Below, one piece after another: positions 13,273 to 25,902 of a DNA stretch of 64,000 bases. Under the pieces are notes generated by a model. It was not told where the DNA came from. It saw nothing but the letters and a program-made list of their open reading frames with translations, and did no database searches. Positions within the stretch are counted from its first letter, which is position 1; each line of letters opens with the position of its first letter. This DNA comes from Raja brachyura. Lineage: Eukaryota. The position numbers were made by a program, and so were the translations under genes. The stretch covers positions 12,214,001 through 12,278,000 of the forward strand of contig OY740790.1 of NCBI GenBank assembly GCA_963514005.1, given 5' to 3'.

Positions 13273-15265
13273 AGCATCACACTCCGCTGAAAATGGAAAA
13301 TATTGTGGCTGAAAAGCAAGGAAACTGAACTGAAGACTAACCTTCTTGGGCTAGAAACTAGGGAACCTTTATTTTAAGAATTTGTAAAGGGTCAGAAATT
13401 GCTGCATTGCACCAGCAATACTTTGGAAATTACTTTTCATGACTGCATCAAGTATTGGGAGCTGATAAATCAGTATTGCTGAACTATAAGATTCCAGTTA
13501 ATGACCAATTCTCCTTTTAGCTGCACTGTTACAAACAGTAATTTAACTAACATGAGCTGACGTGAAGCTTGACAGCTGAGTGGCTGCAAATAAGATTAGA
13601 CTTTGGGTTCTTGTAAAGCACCCTGCAAGATCCTAAATAAAAATAAAACCTAGGAATATAATAACCCTCCAAAGCTTATGTAACACCAAATGAACCATAA
13701 CAAGGTGCATTATAGCAATGAGAATGTAGAAGATGATCCTGTACTTCTTCCAAAGCCTTAAACAACAACCCAGTAGCAGTAGTGATGGAGGCATATGGTT
13801 TTATAGTCTTAAGACATAACAATCTTTGCTTTCCAGTGTTTGCTGCCACTTGCACTTTGCGGCACTCACATTGCACAATATAGCTATTTGTAGCCAAGCT
13901 GCGTAAGGGAGCATTTCACATCATAGGGTGCTCTGTAGCAGCAGAAGAACAGAGATCAATTTTAATGTCATTTTAAGTGTGCACAAGTCTATTGTCCAGT
14001 CAGCTACAATATCAGTGAGACACAATGATCAGAGGCATTATGGAAGAAAGGATAAGTGTAGAAGTGGTGAAAATTAAATCTGAACATAAACCATGCTCCC
14101 AAATTAGATGGACAGAAATTATATTGAAAGTTTAATCTTCAATTAGAATAAAACCCAACTTACAACAATAAACAGATTTCTGATATTAGATTTTATTTAC
14201 AGAAATTATTTTTTTTAAAGAAGCTGATTATACAATTCAGTCCTATTTTGAATTGTGCACTTAAAATTCACATATGATGTGTGTAAATGTACAGTTACAA
14301 ACTTTTAATGTAAGGTGTGAAATATGACACCTGCGTGGAAAGTGAAATTAGATTTATTTTTTGGTTCGAAGGTCTGTTTTATAAAAATTCTTACCATTTT
14401 TTCACTTTGATAGTTTATGTATATTATATATGTGGTATTTTAAATAAAAAATATTGGACTTTGCCTGTTCTTTCCAGATGATCTATTGTATTGGCATTTC
14501 AGTGTTTAAGTAAACATAACAGTTAGGTAACAACAAAGTAAATCAAAAGTAATTTCTTTATTTCTCCCTTTCTGATCTGTATAGTTCAAAATATGATATA
14601 TTTTGGACAGGGTTTGTCCATATTTGGGGAAAAAAATACTTTTTAGCTTGTACAAATGACTAATTGATAAAGTGGTGAGGCAACTTGGAAAGATACCTAA
14701 AAAAACATTTTTTTTTAAAACAACATGGTTGAGAGATGTATTGTGGTTGCGAGCAGCTAGGTATGCAAAGAAAAGCCTTTGATTTTTAAATGTGTTTTAA
14801 AGAAATTTCTAAATCAACTTAAGCAAAACCTTGTTTGTAGTGTTGTATAAAAAAACTATTTTAATATGGCAGTAAAATCATTGTGAAACGTTTGTTTGTG
14901 ATACTTTCTCATTGTAATCTGTAATTTCTGTTTGAAATAATGGTTGTATATTTTAACAATATGTAGGCAACGGAAGTGTATTGTCAAGATTCTACCTCTT
15001 GAAAAGATATTTGATAGAGAGCTTGAAGCTCTTGTGTTTTCCATGTTTGGCATGAGGTTTTAAATTTTTTATGCTAATTTTCTTAACCATAGGCCAGTAT
15101 TTTTTTAAAGTACCCAATTAAAGTTGCAATTTAAATAAGTAATTGTGTGTGTGCTTGCTTTTACTGCTTCAATAGCACTATTTTGGCAACTACGGTCTTT
15201 GTGTTGCTGAGTGTTTGAGATCAGTTGCAGTATTGATGTATAATAAAGTGTTTTTTACCGAATCC
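13273..15265 (+). other. CDC14A: CDC14A 3' UTR with several AATAAA signals; distal signal at 15242-15247
   Basis: AT-rich ~2 kb after the stop with no recognisable TE; repeats resume soon after the distal AATAAA. Confidence 0.6.
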
Positions 15266-16260
15266 CTATTTAATTATTTGTCTAATAACCAGAGTAAACC
15301 AGTATCTTTGGTTCAATTTTCAAAGAAGTAACAAAGGGGGTCAAAAAGGGTAATGTGGTTAGGTAGTCTAGATGAATTACAGTAAAGGTTTTGATAAGGT
15401 CCCATATCCAGGGCAATTTGGTAAAATGCCTTCCACTCCAGAACCAAATTTTTACCAACCTCTGTTCAAGCTGTGGTTGCAGGTGATGCTTGTAAATATG
15501 TATTTGGAATAATTCAAAATCCGTATCATACAGCAAGGAAACAACACATCCATGCTGACCAATGCTCCCATCAAAGCTAGTTCCATTTGCCCATATTTGA
15601 CCCATATCCCTCTAAACCATGTGCTTGTCCAAATGCATTTTTATTGTCTCTGCCTCATTCCTCTAACAGCTAATACCATACACCCGCCATCCTCTGTGGA
15701 AAAAGTTGCCCCTCATGTTCGCATTAAATGTTTCCCGTCACCTTAATGAAGCATAAAAGGATGGATAATTTACTTGATATCAGCAGACAAAGATTCTCTA
15801 CTAATCTGCCACCTGTGCAGCAGTACCTGAGGCCGAAGGTCCACAATGATTCACTGTCGTAAAGCACTGAAATGGCCTCTTCACCCTAACTTCCCCATGC
15901 CGAACAAGATGTTTTATCGAGACTAATTCCACCTGCCCACGTTTGGCACACATTCCCCTAAACCTTTCCTCTCCATGCACCTGTCCAAATGTTTTTGAAA
16001 TTTTGTTCTAGTACCTGCCTCAACTATTTCCTCCTGCAACTTGGTCCATAAACCCACTACCCTCTGTGTGAAATGTTGTCCTCAGGTTCCTGTTAAATCT
16101 TTTCCAACTCATCTTAAGCCTATGTCCTTTAGTTCTTTGTTCCCCAACCCTGGGTAAACTGAGCGGAGGTGTTCAGTACTCATCTACCTCATTTACTGTA
16201 TCCACTGTTCCAGCTGACAACTTCTGTACATCGGCGAGACCAAGCTCAGGCTTGGCGATC

Positions 16261-16392
16261 TTCTTCTGTATGGCGTGGACAGTCTAAAGTTGTAGGACAA
16301 CTTGTTCTGTTTGATCTTCTGTTTGTGTGCGCAAGTTTGATTGCATTAGTCGAAACAGGTTGGACCACGTGAACGTTGCATTCTGCCACCCC
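16261..16392 (-). mobile_element. Short retroposon, copy A, with 5' HDV-like ribozyme and (GAA)n tail
   Basis: 13-bp TSD aggcttggcgatc (16248-16260) / aggcttagcgatc (16393-16405); homologous to 43148-43288. Confidence 0.8.
16339..16392 (-). ncRNA. HDV/CPEB3-type ribozyme, degenerate copy; catalytic C retained, mismatches in P1, P2 and P3
   Basis: GGGGTGG-CA-GAATGCA-ACG-TTCACGT-GGT-CCAACCT-GT-TTCGA-CTAA-TGCAATC. Confidence 0.65.
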
Positions 16393-18399
16393 AGGCTTAG
16401 CGATCGTTTCGCTGAACACTTCTGCTCAATCCGCTTTAACCTACCTGATCTCCCGGTTACTCAGCACTTTAACTCCCCCTCCAATTCCCAATCTGACCTT
16501 TCTGTCCTGGGCCTCCTCCATTGTCAGAGTGAGGCCCAGCACAAATTGGAGGAACAGCACCTCATATTTCGCTCAGATGCCTTGTGGAAGTCTATGTAGC
16601 CAACATCTATGGCTTTACCCTCATCTGAAGAAGGGGTCTTGACCTGAAACGTCACCTATGCATGTCCTCCAGAGATGCTGCCTGACCTGCTCAGGTACTC
16701 CAGCCCTTTCTAACCTTTTTGGCTACTTCAAAGAATTTGATCAGATTTTTTGATCAGACACGAAACAGTTTTGTAAGAGACGATTCCCTAGAAAACAGTA
16801 ATTCCTTCCCATTACTTTGGGGATCACTTAACTCATTCTGAACAAAGGCAGACATCAATGTTCTAATTCACCCACCTTTCAGTGTTCCAGAACAGTCTTT
16901 GAACGTCATACGGAAAGAGTATTTGAAGATCAGATGAGAAAAAGCTCCCGTTTTATCAGGTAGCAGTCATACGCACCGTGTGTATAATTCTGAGACTTAA
17001 AATTGCTTATAGCAGAGACCTTAATGTACAAGAGATGAAACTAATGCTGCCTCTGCAAAATCTTGCAAATTATCAGATGAACAGAGGAAAACCTTCAAGG
17101 ATGTGCTTGAAGCCTCCATACAGACGTAAATGTCCCCATTGATTCTTTGGAATCACTAGTTGGTTCGCACTCAAAATGTAAAATGAGCATGCTACTGGAA
17201 AGGTAGATAAAAATGCTGGAGAAACTCGGGGGGTGAGGCAACATCTATGGAGCGAAGGAATAGGTGACGTTTCAGGTTGAGACCCTTCTTCAGACGAACC
17301 TCAGGTTTGTATATCAGGTGTAAATGTGGCAAGAAGGCACCACGCTACAAACTGTCTACCCACTTGATGTTTCAGTTATGGTTGTTCCTGTGGATCCCAC
17401 TTTGCCCTCGCCAGTCATTTCAGAACCCACCAAGCTGGAAGGGAAACAAGTCCTCTTTAATTCCAAGGGACCAGATGAGATAACTAGCCCATTAATCATG
17501 TTTTATAAATCCAGTGCCTGCTTCCTTCAAATCAGATAGTACAATCTGCAAAGGATTCGTGTCTCAATAAGCTATTATCAAATGTTCCTCACTTTCTCTT
17601 TTGTCACCTAACATAATATTGGATTCTACACATGCTTGACCCACTTTGCTCCCAATGGATTTTCTTGAGAGGGGACAGCTGTTCTGGCTACATATATCAT
17701 CCAATCCCTTAAATCTACTTCCTTATGGTAAAGGAGGCCCATCTCACCAGTCAAGACTTCTTGGAGCAGAGGACCAAGGCCTTGAGCCTCGTTTGATGGC
17801 GTGACATGGGTGCACCAGGAAAGCCTCACACACAATGGTTCAGAGGAAATCTTTTAATAGCAAAGCCCTGGCCCCAGTTTTCAACATTTTTTTAAGAACA
17901 CTGAAAGGCTCTGACATACAGAAACATATAAAAATAATAAAACATAATGTTTTAAAATATAATCAATCTCAATGCAACGTAAAAAAACAAAGCCCCTAAA
18001 TAACGTAGAAATAGTTGTTTTTTTTAAAACATGTAACTTAACTAATTGAATTAAACCAGATAATGATAACCAGATGTCCTTTCATCAGATTTTATTTCAG
18101 TATTTCCAGAATCTTAAGCATCAGGATTTTCATCTTCCCCAGCACATAGTTAGTTACCAGTGAGTTGATCATAACTTTGCTATAACTTGAAATGTGTTTT
18201 ATTTTACTTCAAACTCGTTTCTTCATTTATTTTGTATCCAAGGGAGGAAAAGAAGAGTAATAGGTGAAATGTGGAAGCGATTTCTCAAAATGGGATATGC
18301 AGAATTATTGAAATCCCATGTTTCTGTAGGTTAATATTTAATGTAAAAGGTGTTATACTGTTTCCTTATCCGTGTATGGCTCCAATGGTCTTAATGTTG

Positions 18400-19300
18400 G
18401 GTTATCTTGTCTTCGTTTAAGCCGTCTGTGGTGTATATGTTTATCTTTCAGTTGCAGAACAGCCGATGGTGACACTTTAATTTTCTGAACTTTTCAATAA
18501 TTTGAAAATTCTATATGGTGTGAAACAAGCTTGAGCATTTATAAGGGCTCCCACTCCTCAATGAGCCTTTCCACATCTCGTTCGACGGGTCGTGCAGATC
18601 TATGTAGTAGAGATGACCCACCATCTGTCTGATCTGTATTGTTTTGCTTGTTGTGATTTGATTGCTTCTCTTTCAGGTGAACCCTGACCCACTCTATGGA
18701 CGATGGTATGACCAACAAACTCACCTTTAATGACACCCACCAAGTATTTGACGAAATGAGACATGGAATAAGGCTAATCGCACGTTCAGGGGAACCCCTT
18801 ACCACTGTCACGAGCTGAGGAGAAGGTCACACGTAGCGTCACCGAGGTTTGCATCTTCTGCAGGAGGCACATGTCACAGCATCTTACCAATCATGTCACA
18901 AGAAGCATCTTCATTGTCGGAGACCCCTGCGAATTCTGCACAAATATTAAAGGCTTCAGTTCTAAGACCACGTTCAATATCGCAGCAAGCACAACTTTCC
19001 CGAACAATGTGATAACTCATTGTAGCTGCAGCTTTTTTTTTTCAGAAAAAGTTCAACTGCTCCAATAAAAAAACTAATGTCGCATTCAAAAGCTTGGGAA
19101 GGCTCTTGATCCCAAACTTCTGCTTTGAGCACACAAAGCCCAAACTAACGAACTACAATGCAGATCTGGTGGGTGATGTCTACGTGAATCCAATACCAAC
19201 ATGACACCTTTTTGTTTGAAGCATTTCCAATTGCATGCTGGTCAGCTACAATCTCTGCCGGTTACTTATCAAAACCATTGAACTAAAAATATTTTTTTCG
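18400..19300 (+). pseudogene. Possible highly decayed piggyBac-like transposase
   Basis: Collinear motif remnants across frames: FLNFS, LLNE, GR..YV...CD, GHT, KVQLL, KPKLTNYN. Confidence 0.3.
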
Positions 19301-19629
19301 AAAGTTAACTAGAACTCCAGGTGTCTGGACAACCGTTAACTTCTGTAAACAAATAGATGCAATTTATAAGAAAAGGATGGCTCTCCTATCAAAAATAATA
19401 GAAGATTATTTTTGATAGATTGCAAGTTTGATAAATGTTGATTTTACATAAAATGTTTAGTGATGGTAGATTCTCTGCTTTGTTCGAAAGTGATGAATTT
19501 AAGGTCACTCTCATCATTTGAGCACATAAATTAAGCTACCATTTTATTGCAGTAGTGAGAGAATTCAGTTACACACGGGGCACCAATCTAAGTAACTTGG
19601 ACATGTCACAATAATTCCTAGCAAATTCT

Positions 19630-19935
19630 AGAGGTGCACCAGAGAGAGCATCCTTGGATGCAACACAACTTGGGTTGGCAACTGCTCTGCCCAAGACTAA
19701 ACAAAATTTGCAGAGGGTTGTGGACATGTGTCCATCACCCAACCCGCCCCCCTCCCCTCCCCCATCAACTCCACCTACACTTCAAACTGCCTTGGCAAAC
19801 CCGCCCATTAAATCAAGGCCAGTCACTCCCTCTTCTCCCCTATTATATTGGGCAGAAGATACAAAAGATGACTGGCATGTACCATCAGGTTCAGAAACAG
19901 CTTCTCCCCTGGTGTTACCAGATTCCCGAACGGAC
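19630..19935 (+). mobile_element. Decayed Rex/Babar LINE 3' fragment
   Basis: ESIL.GC.T.W.GN..LQRVV-like C-terminal remnant, similar to the copy at 25380-25680. Confidence 0.55.
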
Positions 19936-20909
19936 ATCGCATCATCTAATGATGTAGTCCCAAACTTTTTTCTCTTGTTGCACATTGATTTGTTTTACCA
20001 GGGCTCCTTGATGCTACACTCGGTTAAATGAAATGGTTTTTGACAAGGAAGCCATTCTCAGCTAAGCTCTGAATTCAGCTCTGTGGTACAATTTGGAACA
20101 ATGGTGTGATGAGTTCTGGAGCAGGGTGGTCCTGGTCAACACATGCTGGGCTGTAATGAGCAGGTTGTTGGCGAGTTCGCCTGTGATAGTACTCTCTCTG
20201 ACACCCTCTCTTGCTTTGTTGATAACTGAGAGCAAACCAACTACTGGGAAATGCCTGGAATAGATATGTCCTATTTTTCACCGACAGGGGACAACTGATG
20301 GTGAGGTTGGGACACGTAATGACACTGGGAATATTAGTGAGCGAGCATGTTGGTGATCGGGGCAATCGAGCGTAGTGATGAAGCACTGGGATGTTTGGTG
20401 ACTGGGACAATGGGACTGTCGGTGTCAGGGGCCCTGGGATTGCCAGTGCCAGGGAGGTCTGGGTTTTTTGCGAGTGAAATGTCCCTGGGACTGTGAGTGA
20501 GAGGGGCATTGGGACAGAATGAGAGGGACAGGGGATCTTTGAGTGAGAGGGGCACTGTGAATGAGTGTTAGGGCACTGGATTATCAGTGATGGGGACACT
20601 GGAACAGCCCGTGTCAGAGGCACTGGGGCAGGGTTACAGGAACATTGGGACTTTCAATATCATGGACATTGGGACTGTGAGTGACAGAGACACGGTAGCT
20701 TAGGCACTAGTGATGGGGCGGGGGCTATTGCTGCCGCAGACGATGCGAAGTGTGTGTGTGTGTGTCTATTTGCAATCTGAGCGCCCCTGAGGTGGAGTGG
20801 GAGGCGAGTGCGCACACACTCCTGGCTGGCACCCTGCCCACCTGCTCTGTGGCTGAGAGCGGCGGCCGGTGCACCGCCACCTCCAGTGCCCAGACACCGG
20901 GACACGGAG

Positions 20910-21100
20910 CCGGGACCTCCGGCACCCAGGCACCGGGACCTCCGGCACCCAGGCACCGGGACCTCCGGCACCCAGGCACCGGGACCTCCCGCACCCAGGC
21001 ACCGGGACCTCCGGCACCCAGGCACCGGGACCTCCCGCACCCAGGCACCGGGACCTCCGGCACCCAGACACCGGGACCTCCGGCACCCAGGCACCGGGAC
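20910..21100 (+). repeat. GC-rich minisatellite, 8 full copies of 23-bp CCGGGACCTCCGGCACCCAGGCA plus a partial copy
   Basis: Units start at 20910, 20933 ... 21071; produces the 23-aa periodicity seen in the ORF track. Confidence 0.95.
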
Positions 21101-21115
21101 ACGGAGCGCTGCAGA

Positions 21116-22108
21116 ATGGGGAACTCTTCCAACTCTTCGACCTGTTGCGACGGGGCGCTGGGAGAGAACATCTCCTGGGCTGTCACCTACTCGCTGCTGG
21201 CGGTGGCCGGGAGCTCGGGGAACCTCCTGGTCATCTACCTAGTGTACTCGGCCCGCAAGCTCCGCAGCGCCAGCAACGCCTTCATCGTCAACGTGTGCGC
21301 CGCCGACCTGCTGGTATGCGGCGTGTGGATGCCGCAGGAGGCGGTGGCGTTGGCGGTGGCTCGGCCGCCTCGGGCAGCTGCTGGCCCGGCCGCTTGGCGC
21401 TCGCTGCTGCTCCTCGCCTTGCTCGCCTCTCTCTTCTCGCACTCGCTCATCGCCCTGAACCGCTACGCGTTGATCACCAAGGCGCCGGCCGCCTACCGGG
21501 ACCTGTACAGCCGGAGGAAGGCGGCGGCGATGATCGCCAGCTCCTGGCTGGGGGCCGCCGCGCTGCTGCTGTTGCCCTGGCTGGTGGCTGCGGCTCTCGG
21601 GCGCCCCCGGCCCGGCGCTTGCCTGCTCTTCCCCGCCTCCTCCCGCGGTGGCTGCTCCCTGAGACTGTGCCCCTACCCGGCGGCCGTCACCGCCGCCTCC
21701 ATCCTCGCCCACACCGCCGTCCTGCTCTGCGCCTACTGCAAAATACTGCGCCGGGTGCAGGCCAGCGTCAAGAGGGTCAGCGTGCTCAACTTCCACGCCA
21801 ACCACCCGTCCTACCCGTGCGCCAGGAAGGACAAGAAACTGCGCCTCTACGTCTCCTTCGTGCTGTGCGCCTTCTTGCTGAGCACCGAGCCCTTGGTGTG
21901 GGTGCTGCTGTGCGGGCTGGTTGAGCCGGTGCCCGCTCTGCTCTGCAACCTCGCCTGGCTGCCCTTCGCGCTGCTCTTCGTGCTCAGTCCCTACGTGTAC
22001 ACCCGCAACAACGAGGAGTTCAGGAAGTCCCTGCGGGCCGTTCTCGGCATCGAACTGTCCAGGGCGGCGGTCGAGGCTGCGCCCGCGGTACACGCCGTGT
22101 CCCGGTGA
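21116..22108 (+). CDS. GPR88: G protein-coupled receptor 88, intronless CDS, 330 aa
   Basis: MGNSS start; VIYLV.S.RKL..SNAFIVN.CAADL.VC..WMPQEAV, SHSLIALNRY.LIT.APA.Y, VKRVSVLNFH and NEEFRKS are GPR88 signatures; lies downstream of CDC14A as in human. Confidence 0.95.
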   Translation: MGNSSNSSTCCDGALGENISWAVTYSLLAVAGSSGNLLVIYLVYSARKLRSASNAFIVNVCAADLLVCGVWMPQEAVALAVARPPRAAAGPAAWRSLLLLALLASLFSHSLIALNRYALITKAPAAYRDLYSRRKAAAMIASSWLGAAALLLLPWLVAAALGRPRPGACLLFPASSRGGCSLRLCPYPAAVTAASILAHTAVLLCAYCKILRRVQASVKRVSVLNFHANHPSYPCARKDKKLRLYVSFVLCAFLLSTEPLVWVLLCGLVEPVPALLCNLAWLPFALLFVLSPYVYTRNNEEFRKSLRAVLGIELSRAAVEAAPAVHAVSR

Positions 22109-22299
22109 CCCAGTGTCCCTCCGTCTGCAGCCCACAGCAACCCAGAGCTCGGAGCAACGGGCAGTCGGAGCGGGGATGCGCGGGGAGTAAACAATGAACC
22201 AAACCCAACTACACATGCGGATTTACCGGGGCATAAAAGAACCAAGCTTCTGGCCAATCAAAATACTCATGAATCTGCCCAAACCATGGATTTGTGTGC

Positions 22300-22655
22300 T
22301 TGATTCGTGGATGTGTGTGTGTATGTGTGTCTGTACGTGTATCTGTGTAAGTGTGTGTACGTACATGCCTCAGTGTGTCTGTATGTGTGTCTGTGAGTTT
22401 CAGTTGAGTTTATTGTCACGTGTACCGAGGTATAGTGAAAAGCTTTTGTTGTCTGCTAACCAGTGTCAGCGGAAAGACAATACATGATTACAATCGAGCC
22501 ATTTACAGTGTGTAGATACATGATAAGGGAATAACGATTAGTGCAAGGTAAAGCCAGCAACGTCCAATCAAGGATTGTGTGTGTGTGTGTGTGTGTGCGA
22601 ATGTGTGACTGTGTGTGTGTGTGTGTGTACTGCATATTTGTATGTAGGTGTGTGT
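22300..22655. repeat. Imperfect (GT)n microsatellite interrupted by a LINE 3'-tail fragment (about 22400-22575, minus strand)
   Basis: Direct inspection; the insert matches the tail at 40876-41060. Confidence 0.75.
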
Positions 22656-23902
22656 TCGGGCTTCTTGTTGGACGGCACTTGACTTTACCGAAACACATTG
22701 CTGTGTGATTTCGTTGTATTCGCGTGCTGTGAATGTATGTGGCTGACTCGATCACCCGACAGCATTTATTGTCCAATCTTCGTTACTCTGGATTGATCGG
22801 CAGCCCTGGGCGCGTAGTTCCGGAGAGGAACGCGAGGTGAGGCAGTAGTACAGCAAATGTTATTTTTTCTAATCAGAGTTCGGTAGTTCCGTGAACATCC
22901 TCGCATTTAATTCGACATTTATTTATGTAATGTATTTCAACCCACGTCTGTCTGGGTGGTTTTGAATTCTTACCAACAGATTAATAATCTGGGCACTTTT
23001 TTAAACTAATCTAATCGTTTTGTACTATTTTATTGTCAATCCTTCAGGGATTAGATCCAGACAAGAACCAACATTTCAGTGCACCGAGGTACAATGACAA
23101 ACTTTTATTTGAGTGCAATCCAGTCAAGGCTATACATGAAATCAATCAAGCAGTTCCCATTGTACGGATTAAGGATGAAGGGTACAGCATTTAGAGCAAA
23201 GATATCATGCTCTGTGTGGGAGGAGGAACATAACACCGTTCCTGGATAATGCCAGCCCTTCCCACGCACGAATTAGGATAAATTCATTTCTTGCTAATTT
23301 TGGAATACATTTCAAATTTAAAATTTGTATTGGAAGTTAAGATGTTTCGGGAAATTTCCAGAGACCTGATCACACTTAAGGAGAGAAGCATGGACACTCA
23401 GTGGGTCAGCCAACATCTATCGAAAGAGAAGATAGACACAAAATACTGGAGTAACTCAACGGGGCAGGCAGCATCTTTGGGGAGAAGGAATGGGTGACGT
23501 TTCGGGTCGAGACCCTTCTTCAATGTCGGAAACCTTTCATGATAATCACGGGAACGTTACATCTGTTTCTCTTTCCATAGATGCTGCCTGATCTGCAAAG
23601 AGCTTCCATCATTTCAGGGGTTTATTTTAGATATCCAGTATCTGTGTGTCATTAATCTTAACAAGAAAGTCAGGCATCTAGGCGAACGGAAAGCAAGAAA
23701 GGATATTGGTTCTCCTCTAGAGCTGCATAATTCTGGACTAACTGTGTGGGGAAAGGCCATCTAAACGACAGCACAAATTGGTCTTGAGAAGCAATTCTCG
23801 AATGTTTTTGCCGGAGTGATGTCGGAGAATGAGGTTTGATCTGTCAAAAGGAGATGAAATTTCCGTCTGAAAGTTCACCTTTTTGAACAACATTTTAAAA
23901 TG

Positions 23903-25902
23903 TCATGGACTCGGCAACGGACCTGAACGAATGCGCCACAGTTGTTACAGACTTCATAAAGAAATGTGTGGAGGACTGCATCCCTACAAAAACCTTCCAA
24001 GTGTTTCCCAATCAGAAGCCTTGGATGAACTATGAGATCCGCACTCTTCTGAAGTCCAGACCCTGAGCATTCATGTCTGAAGATACCGAGGACTACAAGA
24101 CCAGATACGACCTTAGTAAGGCCATCAAAAAGGCCAAAAATGACTTCTGCTCCAAGCTGGAGGATGAGACAGATGTTCGGCAGCTATGGGGGGGCCTGAA
24201 TGCCATCACCTCCGACAAGGCAAAATCAGGAGGCATCACACATGTCAGTGAAACTTCACTCACTGACGAGCTCAATGCCTTTGATAGGGAGAACACTGAT
24301 GTGCCTTCCCGAGCCACCATTCGCTGTGATGGTATTTCTGTCACGGTCACTGAGGTCATCAGAAAATCCTTCAGAGGGGTGAACCCTCGGAAAGCACCTG
24401 GAGCTGATGGCATACCCGGTCGTGTTCTAAAAACCTGTGTGGACCAACTGGCTGGAGCTTTTACCGACATTTTCAATCTCTCACTTCTGAGGTCTGAGGT
24501 TCCCACCTTCTTTAAAAGGGCATCAATTACACCGGTGCCCAATAAGAGCAAGGTGACGTGTCTCAATGACTATCGACCAGTGGCACTAACGCCTGTGGGG
24601 ATGAAGTGCTTTGAGAGGTTGATCATGGCGCAAATCAACTCCTACCTTGACAAAAATCTGGACCCACCACAGTTCGCTTACCGCCACAACAGATCAATGG
24701 TAGATGCAATCTCGTTGGCTCTCCACTCCGCTCTGGACCACTTGGACAACAAAAACTCATATGTCAGGCTGTTATTCATTGACTACAACTCGGCATTTAA
24801 CATAATCATCCCCTCCAAGCTGCTTACCAAACCCGCAGAACTGGGTCTCTGCGCATCCCTCTGCAATTGGATCCTCGACTTACTCATTCACAGACCACAG
24901 TCTGTTGGTATTGGTGGAAATGTGTCAGCCTCAATACCAACCTCAAGGCTGCCTGCTCAGCCCCCTGCTGTACTCGCTCTATACTCATGACGGCGTAGCC
25001 GGACATAGAGCGAACTCCATCATCAAGTTCGCTAATGACACCACAAATTACTGATGGTGATGAGTCAGAGTATAGAAGTGAGATCGACCGACTGACCAAA
25101 TGATGCCAGCGCAATAACCTGGCTCTCAACACCCTCAAAACCAAGGAACTGATTGTGGACTTTGGAAGGGGTAGGATGGGGACCCATAGTCCCGTTTATA
25201 TCAATGGGTCGATGGTGGAGAGGGTCAAGAGCTTCAAATTCCTGAGCGTGCATATCTCTGAAGATCTCTCCTGGTCCGAGAACACGGATGCAATTATAAA
25301 GAAAGCACATCAGCGCCTGTACTTCTTGAGAAGATTACTGATTCAGTATGTCAAGGAGGACTCTCTCGAACTTCTACAGGTGCACAGTAGAGAGCATGCT
25401 GACCGGTTGCATCGTGGCTTGGTTCAGCAACTTGAGCACCCAGGAGCGAAAAAGACTACAAAACGTTGTAAGCACTGTCCAGTCCATCATCGGCTTCCTT
25501 CCTACCATCGAGGGGATCTATCGCAGTCGCTGCCACAAAAAGGCTGGCAGCATCACCAAGGACCCACACCATCCTGGCCACTCACTCATCTCTCCACTGC
25601 CTTATGGTAGAAGGTACAGGAGCCTGAAGACTGCAACGTCCAGGTTTAGGAATAGCTCTTCCCCACAGTCATCAGGCTATTAAACTCAACTCAAACAAAA
25701 GTCTGATCATTAAGCCCATTGCACTTTATCTGTTTATTTATGTGTGTAAATATATATTCATTGGTATATGGTCACACTGATCAGTTCTGTTCTGTATTTA
25801 TTTATGCCTACTATATTCTGTTGTGCTGAAGCAAAGCAAGAGTTCCATTGTCCTATCTGGGACACATGACAATAAACTCGCTTGAATCTTGAATCTTGAA
25901 TC
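23903..25902 (+). mobile_element. 5'-truncated Rex1/Babar LINE, RT disrupted
   Basis: PRKAPG.DGIPGRVLK, LNDYRPVALTP..MKCFERL, QFAYR, LFIDYNSAFN; stops and frameshifts; (CTTGAAT)n tail at 25881-25902. Confidence 0.88.

Larger units (their letters stand above)
16160..16710 (+). mobile_element. Penelope-like 3' fragment (GIY-YIG remnant plus pLTR), interrupted by a short retroposon
   Basis: LYIGETK..L.DRFAEH..PV.QHFNS motifs; hammerhead motif at 16625-16653. Confidence 0.75.

Noticed and set aside
20075-20700. 182-aa Pro/Ser-rich minus-strand ORF
   Set aside because: Derived from degenerate low-complexity gggacact/gtgagtga repeats
20910-21100. CRISPR-like array
   Set aside because: Units are contiguous with no spacers, in a vertebrate context
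20750-21115. 122-aa N-terminal extension of GPR88 in the 452-aa ORF
   Set aside because: Non-ATG start in a GT repeat, and the frame is open only because the minisatellite lacks stops; GPR88 homology begins at ATG 21116
20869-22216. Long overlapping and antisense ORFs (351 aa +, 325 aa -)
   Set aside because: Shadow frames of a very GC-rich CDS with no recognisable domains
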